64,000 bases of DNA, from positions 35,571-99,570 of the forward strand of contig JAZPZY010000005.1 of assembly GCA_045544955.1 (NCBI GenBank). Reading direction: 5' to 3'. Source of the DNA: Eubacteriales bacterium (GTDB taxonomy: Bacteria; Bacillota; Clostridia; Oscillospirales; CAG-272). The translations under genes were made by a program, and so were the position numbers. Under the pieces are notes generated by a model, which was not told where the DNA came from, searched no databases, and saw nothing but the letters and a program-made list of their open reading frames with translations. The number at the start of each line of letters is the position of its first letter. Within the stretch, counting starts at the first letter, position 1. Below are positions 54,942 through 63,978 of this stretch, piece by piece.

Positions 54942-55667
54942 ATGTATAACTACCAGCTTACAGTACGTTTGGGAGACGTGCGGGCAGAATGTTTTTTGCT
55001 CAAAAACTTCTTTATTCCTTCCAACCAAACGTCACCCATTCATACTCACAAATTTACGGAAATTCATATGGTAGCGGACGGCTGCGAGGAACTGCACGCC
55101 GAAAAACGGCAGCTCGTGCTTCTCCCCGGCGACGTTGCGGCTATTCCAGCCGAGATGCCGCACCGCCTTGCTTTTGCGGATGCGACAACCCGGGAATACG
55201 TATTCTGGCTGGATCTTCCCCTGAAAGAAATCCGGAAGATCCGGATTCCCCAGGAGGTACTGCACCGTCTGCTTCGGGCGGCGGTTGCCCTTCGGGATAC
55301 GGGGGAGGCTCCCAGGCTTGCCGGATACATAGCCTACATACTGAACGAGCTTTACACGATTTCCACTCCCGTAATGCCGATCCGTGACCGGGCGTTCATC
55401 ATCCGGGACTTTTTCGAGCATCATTACGATGCGGACGTAACCCTCAAAGATATTGCCGCAGATCTTTACGTATCCGAAAAGCAGGCACACCGGCTGATCG
55501 TGAAATATACCGGAGATACCTTCTCCGTGAATCTTGCCAAGCACCGGGTGGCGGCGGCAAAACTGCTCATGGAAACCGAGAAAAGCCTGTCCCTTTCAGA
55601 AATTGCACAGCTTGTGGGATACCGCACCTACAGCGGCTTCTGGAAAGCGTACCGAAAATACGGATAA
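54942..55667 (+). CDS. AraC-family regulator
   Basis: Cupin-like N-terminus. C-terminal LKDIAADLYVSEKQAHRLIVKYTG...IAQLVGYRTYSGFWKAYRKYG. Confidence 0.8.
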   Translation: MYNYQLTVRLGDVRAECFLLKNFFIPSNQTSPIHTHKFTEIHMVADGCEELHAEKRQLVLLPGDVAAIPAEMPHRLAFADATTREYVFWLDLPLKEIRKIRIPQEVLHRLLRAAVALRDTGEAPRLAGYIAYILNELYTISTPVMPIRDRAFIIRDFFEHHYDADVTLKDIAADLYVSEKQAHRLIVKYTGDTFSVNLAKHRVAAAKLLMETEKSLSLSEIAQLVGYRTYSGFWKAYRKYG

Positions 55668-55680
55668 GGAGAACGCAGCA

Positions 55681-56073
55681 ATGACTGTAACCGAAGTGGT
55701 CGCCGCCCTTCTGTGGCGGGACGGAAAATTTATGATCTGCCAGCGTCCGGCAAACAAAGCCCGCGGCCTTCTGTGGGAGTTCGTGGGCGGTAAAGTGGAG
55801 CCAGGTGAGACGAAAGAGGCCGCACTGATCCGGGAATGTCGGGAAGAGCTGGCCGTGACGGTATCCGTGGGAGATGTTTTCATGGAGGTCATGCACGAAT
55901 ATCCGGATCTGACAGTGCATCTGACGCTGTTCCATGCGACCCTCACCGAGGGAGAGCCGCAGAAGCTGGAGCACAACGATATCCGCTGGATCACGCCCGG
56001 GGAGATTCCGAATTACCCGTTCTGCCCGGCAGACGTGGAAATACTGAAGAAAATCCGTGAGGTATGCGAATGA
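55681..56073 (+). CDS. NUDIX hydrolase (MutT-like)
   Basis: Nudix box GGKVEPGETKEAALIRECREELAV. Confidence 0.85.
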   Translation: MTVTEVVAALLWRDGKFMICQRPANKARGLLWEFVGGKVEPGETKEAALIRECREELAVTVSVGDVFMEVMHEYPDLTVHLTLFHATLTEGEPQKLEHNDIRWITPGEIPNYPFCPADVEILKKIREVCE

Positions 56074-56122
56074 AAAAATACGAAAACGCCGTTCAGTGAA
56101 ACGGAGAGAGTGGGAAAAAGAA

Positions 56123-56548
56123 ATGATTAAAGATTTGATGCACGATCCGTTCTTTCTTGCTGGAAAGTCAGAGTTGGCCACGAAAGAGGATCTGCAGACC
56201 GCACGGGATCTTTTGGACACGCTGACAGCCCACAAGGAGTACTGCGTAGGCATGGCGGCCAACATGATAGGGGTGAAGAAACGCATCATTGCCTTTCTGG
56301 ACGAAAGCGGAAAGTCCCCTTCGTACACGGTCATGCTCAATCCGGAAATCATCAAAAAGGATGGTATCTATGACACAGCGGAAGGCTGCCTTTCCCTTTT
56401 GGGCGATCCCCGTCCGTGCAAGCGGTACAAAAGCATCAAGGTACAGTATCAGACGCTGGAAATGCAGATACGTGTGAAAACGTACACCGGCTGGACAGCA
56501 CAGATCATCCAGCATGAGGTGGATCACTGCAACGGCGTTTTGATCTGA
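56123..56548 (+). CDS. def: Peptide deformylase
   Basis: Motifs GMAANMIG, EGCLS, QHEVDH. Confidence 0.85.
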   Translation: MIKDLMHDPFFLAGKSELATKEDLQTARDLLDTLTAHKEYCVGMAANMIGVKKRIIAFLDESGKSPSYTVMLNPEIIKKDGIYDTAEGCLSLLGDPRPCKRYKSIKVQYQTLEMQIRVKTYTGWTAQIIQHEVDHCNGVLI

Positions 56549-56669
56549 CGGGGAGCAACGCAGGGAAACAAAATTTTTTTGAAAACAACACGATCGAAAA
56601 AATGTGTTGTTCCGTTTTTCTTTTTCATCTGGTACAATGAAAGCACCAAATGAAAAGGAGATACCTATT

Positions 56670-57023
56670 ATGAACACCGACAAGATTTACGCTGAATCCA
56701 TCGCTAAGGAATACGCGCCCAAGGACAATTCCAAAATCATCGCCCTGCGTAAGCTGGACGCAAAGGCAAAGATGCCCGCTACCGTATTCACCTATTCGTT
56801 CGGCATCGTTTGTGCTCTGGTTGCCGGTCTCGGTATGAGCCTGTCCATGCAGGTCATCGGCGGCACCGTACCCTTCACCGTTCTCGGCCTGGTGCTTGGC
56901 GTTCTCGGCTTCACCGGCACGGCAGTAAACTATCCCATCTACAAAAAGATGCTGGAAAAGGGCAAGCAGAAATATGCGTTTGAGATCATAGAGCTTGCAA
57001 AAAGCATCAGCGAAGAAAAATAA
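56670..57023 (+). CDS. Small membrane protein
   Basis: AAAGGAGA SD. Two TM helices (FTYSFGIVCALVAGLGMSL, FTVLGLVLGVLGFTG). Confidence 0.5.
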   Translation: MNTDKIYAESIAKEYAPKDNSKIIALRKLDAKAKMPATVFTYSFGIVCALVAGLGMSLSMQVIGGTVPFTVLGLVLGVLGFTGTAVNYPIYKKMLEKGKQKYAFEIIELAKSISEEK

Positions 57024-57047
57024 TTCCCCAAAAGGAGGGCTTCGCCC

Positions 57048-57653
57048 ATGACCAGAAGCGAAAGCAAGTATTTCAATACAGCGGTAAAAATGGATGAAGC
57101 ACTCCTATCACTTCTTGAAAAAAAGGAGTTTTCCTACATCACCGTCAAGGAGATCTTCGAAAAAGCGGGGGTCAACCGTTCCACTTTTTATCTGCACTAC
57201 GAGAACACGGCGGATCTTCTGAAGGAGACGACCCAGCACGTTCTCGATCGCTTTCTCTCCTATTTTCCGGAAGACGGAAAAAACATTACTGTCAGCTCTC
57301 AAAACGAGAATTTGAACAGTCTGATTTTCATTACGCCGGAATACCTGACGCCGTACCTTACGTTTATTCGGGATAATCAGCGGATATTCAAAACCGCCGT
57401 GAAGGAGTTGGGTGCTATGGGCTTCGACAAGGTGTATCAGCGGATGTTTTCGTGCTTTTTCGATCCGCTTCTCGCACGATTCGATTTCCCGGAAAACACC
57501 CGATCCTATGTGATGAAGTTTTACCTCTCCGGCATCACGGCCATCGCCATGGAATGGCTTGCCGATGACTGTGCCGACGGGATCGATACGGTCATCGCCG
57601 TCATCACCGACTGCGTTCTCGGAAAAATTAAGTTTTATGAACAGAATTCTTAA
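57048..57653 (+). CDS. TetR/AcrR-family regulator
   Basis: FSYITVKEIFEKAGVNRSTFYLHYEN HTH. Confidence 0.8.
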   Translation: MTRSESKYFNTAVKMDEALLSLLEKKEFSYITVKEIFEKAGVNRSTFYLHYENTADLLKETTQHVLDRFLSYFPEDGKNITVSSQNENLNSLIFITPEYLTPYLTFIRDNQRIFKTAVKELGAMGFDKVYQRMFSCFFDPLLARFDFPENTRSYVMKFYLSGITAIAMEWLADDCADGIDTVIAVITDCVLGKIKFYEQNS

Positions 57654-58242
57654 ATCCGCCCTTGTCAGCCTTTCCTTCAATGCCGTATTCAGTGCGTATC
57701 ACATCATACTCGGTATGATGGATCGCTCCTGGTGGCTGTTCACGGTCGGCGTATATTACGTCATTTTGAGCACGGCACGGTTCGCCGTCATAGTTACCAA
57801 AAGGAAGAACAGATATATTACGGCACTTGCCGGCAGCCTTCTGATGGTCCTTTCTCTTCCGCTTGCCGGTACCGTGATCCTCTCTTTCGTGCGTGACCGG
57901 GGAACCGTTTTTCACGAGATCGTCATGATCTCCATTGCCACGTATTCGTTTGCAAAAATAACACTTGCTGCCGTAAAGCTGATCAAATCCCGCCGCAGCC
58001 GTTCCGCAAAGACGGTAACGCTTCGGAACATTTCCTTCGCAACGGCTTTAGTATCGATTTTCTCTCTGCAGAGATCCATGCTCGTCTCCTTTGAGGGGAT
58101 GTCCGATATGGGAATACGTATCATGAACGCCGCCACCGGCTCTGCCGTGTGCATCCTCGTTTTTCTGCTGGGGCTGAATCTGGTCCGGAAAGAAAAATTT
58201 CTCTTCCGTTCTCTTAACGATGTAAACAAAACCCGCCGATGA
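57637..58242 (+). CDS. Membrane protein co-transcribed with the TetR gene
   Basis: Start MNRILKS overlaps the TetR gene end. Five or six hydrophobic helices. Confidence 0.5.
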   Translation: MNRILKSALVSLSFNAVFSAYHIILGMMDRSWWLFTVGVYYVILSTARFAVIVTKRKNRYITALAGSLLMVLSLPLAGTVILSFVRDRGTVFHEIVMISIATYSFAKITLAAVKLIKSRRSRSAKTVTLRNISFATALVSIFSLQRSMLVSFEGMSDMGIRIMNAATGSAVCILVFLLGLNLVRKEKFLFRSLNDVNKTRR

Positions 58243-58290
58243 GAGCAAGATCTCACCGGCGGTTTTCCTTTTTCACGTAGGATGCGTCCC

Positions 58291-59091
58291 TTAGACGCCA
58301 AGAAGCATTTTCACGTACGACAGATACTCTCTCACCCAGGTGGTAAACAGAAATACCTTCATCGGTGTTTCCGCCTTTATGTACAAGGCGTCAATACCCG
58401 CACGGGAACACAGCAGACGTATCCGGGGAATATGCGTTTCAGAGGATATACATATGATCTGCCGATCCGACAAGCCGAGCTCATCGATCAGCCGGAGGGA
58501 ATATGCAATATTCTCTCTGGTGTCGGTCGCTTTTTCCTCCAGAAAAATGCGATCGGGCGAGATGCCCCGTGCGGCCATATAATCCCGCATACAGGACGCT
58601 TCCGTAAACGGCTCGTCCGGGCCCTGCCCGCCGCTGACAATGCAGACGGCACGGCTGTCCTCCTCCATGGCAGCCACGGCGGCATCCAGGCGTGATGCCA
58701 GCGTTTTTGCCGGCCCGTCCGGCTTCACCTTCGCACCGAAGACGATATACACGTTTTCCGTACCGTCCGCCTGCACACCCGGCTGTGCACTGGGAGAGAG
58801 ATGAATATAGGCTACAAGGGCGATGAGCGTCACGGCATAAAACACCATGGCACAGGACATGAGCACCTTGCCCCAAAGATAGACTTTTCCAAATATTTTC
58901 CGCAAAAACCTACGGAGCAGATACGGCAGGAGTATCCCCAGCATCACGGTCAGCGTGATGAAAAGCGGAAACGCTCCCTCGGGGGCGATCATCAGTTTTA
59001 CAAGATAGGATCCAAAGCAGATCAGCGTGAAAAGGCCGAACACCCGATACAGGCGTGAAAATACTTTATCCGTTTTTGAAGATTCGTTCAT
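58291..59091 (-). CDS. YdcF/DUF218 (ElyC/SanA-like) membrane-anchored protein
   Basis: GGGAG SD. IVFGAKVKPDG...VSGGQGPDEP..EA..M..Y....GI....I..E..ATDTRENI pattern. Confidence 0.7.
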   Translation of the reverse strand: MNESSKTDKVFSRLYRVFGLFTLICFGSYLVKLMIAPEGAFPLFITLTVMLGILLPYLLRRFLRKIFGKVYLWGKVLMSCAMVFYAVTLIALVAYIHLSPSAQPGVQADGTENVYIVFGAKVKPDGPAKTLASRLDAAVAAMEEDSRAVCIVSGGQGPDEPFTEASCMRDYMAARGISPDRIFLEEKATDTRENIAYSLRLIDELGLSDRQIICISSETHIPRIRLLCSRAGIDALYIKAETPMKVFLFTTWVREYLSYVKMLLGV

Positions 59092-59204
59092 ATACGGCTC
59101 CCGTGAATGACATAGTGTTTTTTCTATTGTAACACATAAAGGCGAGGGATGCAAGACCGACACGCCGATTGACCGCATGAGATAAGGAAACTGCCATTTT
59201 TGGC

Positions 59205-59233
59205 TTGCCATAAAAGACAATTTGTGCTATACT
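59205..59233 (+). promoter_or_regulatory. Sigma-70-type promoter
   Basis: TTGCCA, 17 nt spacer, TGcTATACT. Confidence 0.55.
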
Positions 59234-59305
59234 GATTACAGAAAGCGAAGCGAAACGGGCAAGCAATGCACGTATGATTTTCGGACAGTACAGGAGGGTC
59301 TGAAC

Positions 59306-59680
59306 GTGACGAGACAGGAATTTCTTGCGTATTGCCTTAATACGTACGGCACCTCTGCGGATTACCCCTTCGACGAAGACTTTGAAACCGCCGTATTCCG
59401 GCATGACAGCAGCCGCAAATGGTACGCCGTAATGATGCGTGTCTCCCGCCACAAGTTCGGCTTTGACAGCGATGCGGTAATTGACGTGGTCAATCTGAAA
59501 CTGCCGCTGGAAATGTTCGGCTCCTTCGGTGCGGCAGACGGCGTATATCCGGCGTATCACATGAACAAGGTGCACTGGATCTCAGTTTTACTCCCCGATG
59601 CGGCAAACGATCTGGTAGAATTTCTTGTAAACACCAGTTACGAGGCAACACGGGAAAAGAAGCGGAAAAGCAAATCGTAA
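59306..59680 (+). CDS. MmcQ/YjbR-family protein
   Basis: GTG start after AGGAGGG. YGTSADYPFDEDFETAVFRHDSSRKWYAVMM...VVNLK pattern. Confidence 0.65.
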   Translation: MTRQEFLAYCLNTYGTSADYPFDEDFETAVFRHDSSRKWYAVMMRVSRHKFGFDSDAVIDVVNLKLPLEMFGSFGAADGVYPAYHMNKVHWISVLLPDAANDLVEFLVNTSYEATREKKRKSKS

Positions 59681-59850
59681 ACCCGCACCGTACGAATAAG
59701 ACGTGCCCCTGCTGCCCCCCGCAGCGGGGGCACAACTGCGTTATGGCGATTATTGGGAAAATGGCAGTAGACCTTCTGCAAAAACGCCGGCAGGTATGTT
59801 CGGACGGAAAACGGCAAATCCTATCCGTATAACAAAACGGAGGTGAAAGG

Positions 59851-61149
59851 ATGGATTCCATTTGGACAGAGACAGAAAGGCCGCTTCGTTTCGCTTCTCT
59901 GAGAGATAATGAAAGCACCGATGTGCTGATCATCGGCGGCGGGATCGCGGGGATTCTTTGTGCGTACAAACTGAAAGAAGCCGGCGTGGACTGCCTGCTG
60001 GCGGAAGCGAGAGAAATCTGCGGCGGCATTACGAAAAACACCACGGCGAAGATTACCTTACAGCACGGATTGATCTACGATAAACTACTCCGCCGCTCAG
60101 GAGAAGAAAAGGCAAGACTTTACGCCGATATGCAAAAAAAAGCCCTCGGTGAATATGCACTGCTTTGCCAGAAGATCGACTGCGATTTTGAAAGCAGAGA
60201 TTCCTACGTGTATTCACGCAACAATCGCGAAAAGATCGAAAAAGAAGTCGCCGCACTGAATCGCATCGGTGTGAAAGCGAATTTTTCCACTGCGAACGAA
60301 CTTCCCTTCCCTGTCGCAGGTGCAGTACGCGTAAAGGAGCAGGCACAGTTTCATCCGCTGAAATTCCTGTACGCCGCTGCACGGGATCTACCGATTTACG
60401 AGCATACGAAAGTCGTGGAGCTTATGCCGGGCAAGGCACGCACCCGTCACGGCGAGATCAGATTCAAAAAACTGATCGTTGCAACGCATTTTCCCATACT
60501 AAACAAGCACGGACTGTATCCATTGAAAATGTATCAGCACCGCTCTTACGTCATCGCTTTGAAAGGCACACAGCACGTAAACGGAATGTACGTGGACGAA
60601 TCGGACACGGGGCTGTCCTTCCGCAGCTGCGGCGATCTTCTGCTTCTCGGCGGAGGCGGACACCGCACGGGAAAGCCCGGCGGCTGTTGGCAGGAGCTGG
60701 AAGCTTTTGCAAAGAAGCACTACAAAAACGCCGAGACCGTGGGCAAATGGGCGACGCAGGATTGTATGACACTGGACGGTATTCCCTATATAGGGCAATA
60801 CTCCAGATCCACCCCCGGCGTGTACGTTGCCACGGGCTTTAACAAGTGGGGTATGACAAACGCAATGGCCGCCGCCCACATTCTCTGCGATCTCATTTGC
60901 GGCAAAGCAAATCCTTACGCCAAGGCCTTTTCCCCCTCCCGTACGATACTTCACCCACAGCTTGCGGTCAATGCTTTTGAATCGGCTGTGGGACTTCTCA
61001 CACCGACTGCCCCGCGATGCCCGCACCTGGGCTGTGCTCTCAAATACAACCGTGCGGAGCACACGTGGGATTGCCCCTGCCACGGCTCGCGTTTTACCGA
61101 ACACGGCGAGCTGATCGATAATCCTGCGACGGAGGATAAAAGAATGTAG
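59851..61149 (+). CDS. FAD-dependent oxidoreductase fused to a Rieske 2Fe-2S domain
   Basis: VLIIGGGIAGILCAY dinucleotide fold. C-terminal CPHLGC...CPCHGSRF Rieske motif. Confidence 0.8.
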   Translation: MDSIWTETERPLRFASLRDNESTDVLIIGGGIAGILCAYKLKEAGVDCLLAEAREICGGITKNTTAKITLQHGLIYDKLLRRSGEEKARLYADMQKKALGEYALLCQKIDCDFESRDSYVYSRNNREKIEKEVAALNRIGVKANFSTANELPFPVAGAVRVKEQAQFHPLKFLYAAARDLPIYEHTKVVELMPGKARTRHGEIRFKKLIVATHFPILNKHGLYPLKMYQHRSYVIALKGTQHVNGMYVDESDTGLSFRSCGDLLLLGGGGHRTGKPGGCWQELEAFAKKHYKNAETVGKWATQDCMTLDGIPYIGQYSRSTPGVYVATGFNKWGMTNAMAAAHILCDLICGKANPYAKAFSPSRTILHPQLAVNAFESAVGLLTPTAPRCPHLGCALKYNRAEHTWDCPCHGSRFTEHGELIDNPATEDKRM

Positions 61150-61214
61150 AGGTATACACCCACGCATTATGAGAAATAATAATATCAAATCCACAAACGG
61201 AGGGTATTTTTTCT

Positions 61215-61877
61215 ATGTTTAAACACGAAAAACAGTTGTTTCATCCCGTAGAGGTCGAAAGGCCCAATCCGCAATACGCCGTTCTGCTTCAGGAGCAGCT
61301 CGGCGGCGGCAACGGTGAGCTCAAGGCGGCCATGCAGTATATGTCACAGAGTTTTAGAGTTAAAGATCCCGAGATCAAGGATCTCTTCCTTGATATTGCC
61401 GCCGAGGAACTTTCGCATATGGAAATGGTGGCACAGACCATCAATCTGCTTAACGGTCACGACGTGGATGCCACAAAGGTGCAGGCAGGCGAGGTGCAGA
61501 CGCACGTCCTGCTCGGGCTGAATCCTGGGCTTATTAATTCTTCGGGATATTCCTGGACAGGCGATTACGTCACCGTCACGGGCGATCTGTGTGCCGATCT
61601 GCTTTCCAACATTGCCTCCGAGCAGAGAGCCAAAGTGGTTTATGAATATCTCTACCGTCAGATTGAGGACAAGAAGGTCCGGGAGACCATTGATTTTCTC
61701 CTCAACCGCGAAGAAGCACACAATCAGATGTTCCGCGATGCATTTAACAAGGTGCAAAATACCGGGTCTAACCGTGATTTCGGCACCACCAAGGCGGCAA
61801 AAATGTATTTCTCCATGTCCGATCCCGGGCCGAACGCTTTTGCGACGGGCGAGACAAACGCACCGGCTTTTCGGTGA
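61215..61877 (+). CDS. Manganese catalase-family protein (intact CotJC paralog)
   Basis: MFKHEKQLFHPVEVERPNPQYAVLLQEQLGGGNGELKAAMQYMSQ...EELSHMEMV. Confidence 0.8.
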   Translation: MFKHEKQLFHPVEVERPNPQYAVLLQEQLGGGNGELKAAMQYMSQSFRVKDPEIKDLFLDIAAEELSHMEMVAQTINLLNGHDVDATKVQAGEVQTHVLLGLNPGLINSSGYSWTGDYVTVTGDLCADLLSNIASEQRAKVVYEYLYRQIEDKKVRETIDFLLNREEAHNQMFRDAFNKVQNTGSNRDFGTTKAAKMYFSMSDPGPNAFATGETNAPAFR

Positions 61878-61984
61878 AAAAGCGTTTGCCGGTGTCAAAT
61901 ACGGCTATCGTGCGTGGAAAAAAACGCCAGGTTTTATCTGTCGGAGGCTTTTTCATCCCTTCCATTAAAGTTTGGATACTCAAA

Positions 61985-62037
61985 TAAAACAAATAATCCG
62001 AACGACTCTCCAAAGAGGAGAATGTTCGGATTATTTT
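61985..62037 (-). terminator. Terminator downstream of the tRNA remnant
   Basis: 12-bp outer stem AATAATCCGAAC/GTTCGGATTATT. Minus-strand tail ATTTGTTTTATTT. Confidence 0.6.
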
Positions 62038-62042
62038 CATGA

Positions 62043-62088
62043 GGTACGAGTGACAGGAATCGAACCTGCGCCATCTTGGTCCCAAACC
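62043..62088 (-). pseudogene. tRNA 3' fragment (anticodon loop to acceptor end; loop TTTGGGA would read UGG, Pro-like)
   Basis: Minus strand: GGTTTGGGACCAAGATGGCGCAGGTTCGATTCCTGTCACTCGTACC. T-arm GCAGG-TTCGATT-CCTGT. No matching 5' acceptor strand or D-arm upstream. Confidence 0.55.
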
Positions 62089-62275
62089 GATTCGGAGGCT
62101 TGGTTTTTGTTGATTTCTAACAGTTTTCAGCCGTTTTTACTCCGGAAAAGAGCCGGTTTTTGTGCTCTTTGACACTCTCGTGTGCGCTGTCTCCGTCCGC
62201 TCCGAGGCCATCTATGGTCAGTTCTGTGGTCAGAAATACCTCCCATGAACGTAAATCCACGGGAGGCTCTGTTGT

Positions 62276-62938
62276 TTATCGTACTACCGAGGAATGACTG
62301 TAAATATAGAATTCCTCTTGGCTCGGCATCCACGCCTTTTCCTTTGGCGGAAATGTCGCATCGAATGCTTCAACTCCGGCGGTGTCCTCACAGCAGTCGG
62401 CGGCGGGTGATGGGATGTACATCCACTTTCTGCCGTCAAGTGCGCCTTGAACAAGCTCACAAACTAGCAGCGCCGTCGGGAAGTTTCCTGGTGCGACAAA
62501 ACTGACATTCTTCTTTTTGCAGCTCACAAATCCGCGGCTGACATAGTTGCCGGGATTGCCGAAATTAATGTTCACATCGTATCCCATTCTGCGAGCTTCT
62601 TCAAAGGAATGCTCAATCAGTATCTTTCCGAGCTTCTGTCTTTGATATTCAGGTGCAACACAAAGCGGACCAAAGGAGAGAATTTCCTTGCGCTCACCGT
62701 TCTCATCTTCAAGCCAAGCCTTCGTATACATAATGCTGCCGATGATCTTGCCATCTTTTTCAATCACAAACGCAAGCTCGGGAACGAAATCGGGGTGGCT
62801 TCTCATCATGTGGACGAAATAATGCTCGTCTGCGCCCGGCTTGTAGATGTTCCAGAACGCCTCGCGAGTCAATTCTTCTACTTCACGGTAGTCTTTTTCC
62901 GTTTCAAGACGGACGATATAGTCATAGTTCATTTTCAA
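62276..62938 (-). CDS. GNAT-family N-acetyltransferase
   Basis: LCVAPEYQRQKLGKILIEHSFEEARRMGY acetyl-CoA binding motif. Confidence 0.75.
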   Translation of the reverse strand: MKMNYDYIVRLETEKDYREVEELTREAFWNIYKPGADEHYFVHMMRSHPDFVPELAFVIEKDGKIIGSIMYTKAWLEDENGERKEILSFGPLCVAPEYQRQKLGKILIEHSFEEARRMGYDVNINFGNPGNYVSRGFVSCKKKNVSFVAPGNFPTALLVCELVQGALDGRKWMYIPSPAADCCEDTAGVEAFDATFPPKEKAWMPSQEEFYIYSHSSVVR

Positions 62939-63208
62939 ACCTCTCTGTAAATTGATGACTGCAATCTGCGGGAGGCGTGCGGAGATGGATTCGCAAGCCT
63001 CTCGCTTACAGAACCGACTCCAAAGTGCTCAACTTCTTCAAACAGCATTCTCCATAAAAATTTATTCGGGGGATTCCCGTGGGTATAGTATAGCATAAAT
63101 GCGATAAAATTGCAAGGTCGCCTGCATTGTTTCTTTCTTTTGTTTCAAACAGGCCTCACCCATCAATCGTTGCGCCGCAGTAAGCAAAGAATAAGCGGTT
63201 TGGCCATC

Positions 63209-63583
63209 TTATTTGTTTTCGAGAATCCACTCAAGCAGTTCTTCGTATTTCATTTCACCGGATGCAACTGCCAAACCTACACGAACAACTTCTTCTTCAG
63301 ACGGATAAATCCGAATTCCATTCACTTCAAGGAATGTGAGAAGCACATACATGCCGATTCTCTTGTTGCCGTCTACAAAAGCGTGATTGGATATCAGAGC
63401 ATATCCGATGCGGGCACCTTTTTCCTCTTTTGTGGGATAGAGCTCCTGGCCGTCAAAGGTCTGAAATGCGGATTCCAGTGCACTGTCGAGCAAAGCAAGG
63501 TCGCGGATATTGGGATCTCCGCCGGTTTCATCCGTAATCAGTTTATGAAGGAGCAGTACCTTTTCTTGGCTGAATTTTATCAT
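63209..63583 (-). CDS. doc: Doc (death-on-curing) Fic-family toxin
   Basis: Fic/Doc motif HAFVDGNKRIG. 4-nt overlap with the antitoxin gene. Confidence 0.85.
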   Translation of the reverse strand: MIKFSQEKVLLLHKLITDETGGDPNIRDLALLDSALESAFQTFDGQELYPTKEEKGARIGYALISNHAFVDGNKRIGMYVLLTFLEVNGIRIYPSEEEVVRVGLAVASGEMKYEELLEWILENK

Positions 63584-63822
63584 TTGGCAAGCTCCTCAAA
63601 TGCACGGCGATACCGTTTCAGAATGCGTGCAGCGACAAAATCGATTTTTTCATCATCGGTCATTTCGATGGTGGTATCGTTTTCAATATCCACGAGTCGG
63701 TATTTGGGCTTGTTGTTTTTGAAAATAATGACTTCTCCGTTTTTATCAACCATGCGTGCAACACGAGAGAAATTCTGGTTGGCTTCCGAAATTGGAACAA
63801 TCTGATTTGTGTTGATATTCAT
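63580..63822 (-). CDS. phd: Phd/YefM-type antitoxin
   Basis: 80 aa. IVPISEANQNFSRVARMVDKNGEVIIFKNNKPKY. Sits directly upstream of doc. Confidence 0.75.
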   Translation of the reverse strand: MNINTNQIVPISEANQNFSRVARMVDKNGEVIIFKNNKPKYRLVDIENDTTIEMTDDEKIDFVAARILKRYRRAFEELAK

Positions 63823-63848
63823 ATTGGTACCTCCAATCGTGTAATAAT

Positions 63849-63877
63849 ATTATACACAAATTTTAGGATATTGTCAA
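63849..63877 (-). promoter_or_regulatory. Consensus promoter of the phd-doc operon
   Basis: Minus strand: TTGACA, 17 nt spacer, TGtGTATAAT. Confidence 0.7.
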
Positions 63878-63949
63878 CCTAAAAACAAGTAAACTTATTG
63901 TGAAGAGGAGAAAAGCAGAGAATACGCACATACCGCAACAGCGCGTTGC

Positions 63950-63978
63950 TTGTCAATAGCGGCAATCTATGATATAAT
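63950..63978 (+). promoter_or_regulatory. Rightward promoter for a gene beyond the window
   Basis: TTGTCA, 17 nt spacer, TATAAT, followed by GAAAGG. Confidence 0.5.

Noticed and set aside
61215-61877. Could the Mn-catalase gene be the missing 3' half of cotJC?
   Set aside because: It is a complete 220-aa gene with its own N-terminus (MFKHEKQLFHPVEV...), SD and promoter region, on the opposite strand 35 kb away. It is a paralog, not the other half.
62043-62120. Intact tRNA gene
   Set aside because: Only the 3' ~46 nt fold as tRNA. The upstream sequence cannot pair with the acceptor 3' strand (CACTCGT) and has no D-arm.
62939-63208. 170-nt leader upstream of the GNAT gene as a riboswitch or T-box
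   Set aside because: Only short, unconvincing hairpins. No specifier/T-box or known aptamer core was recognised.
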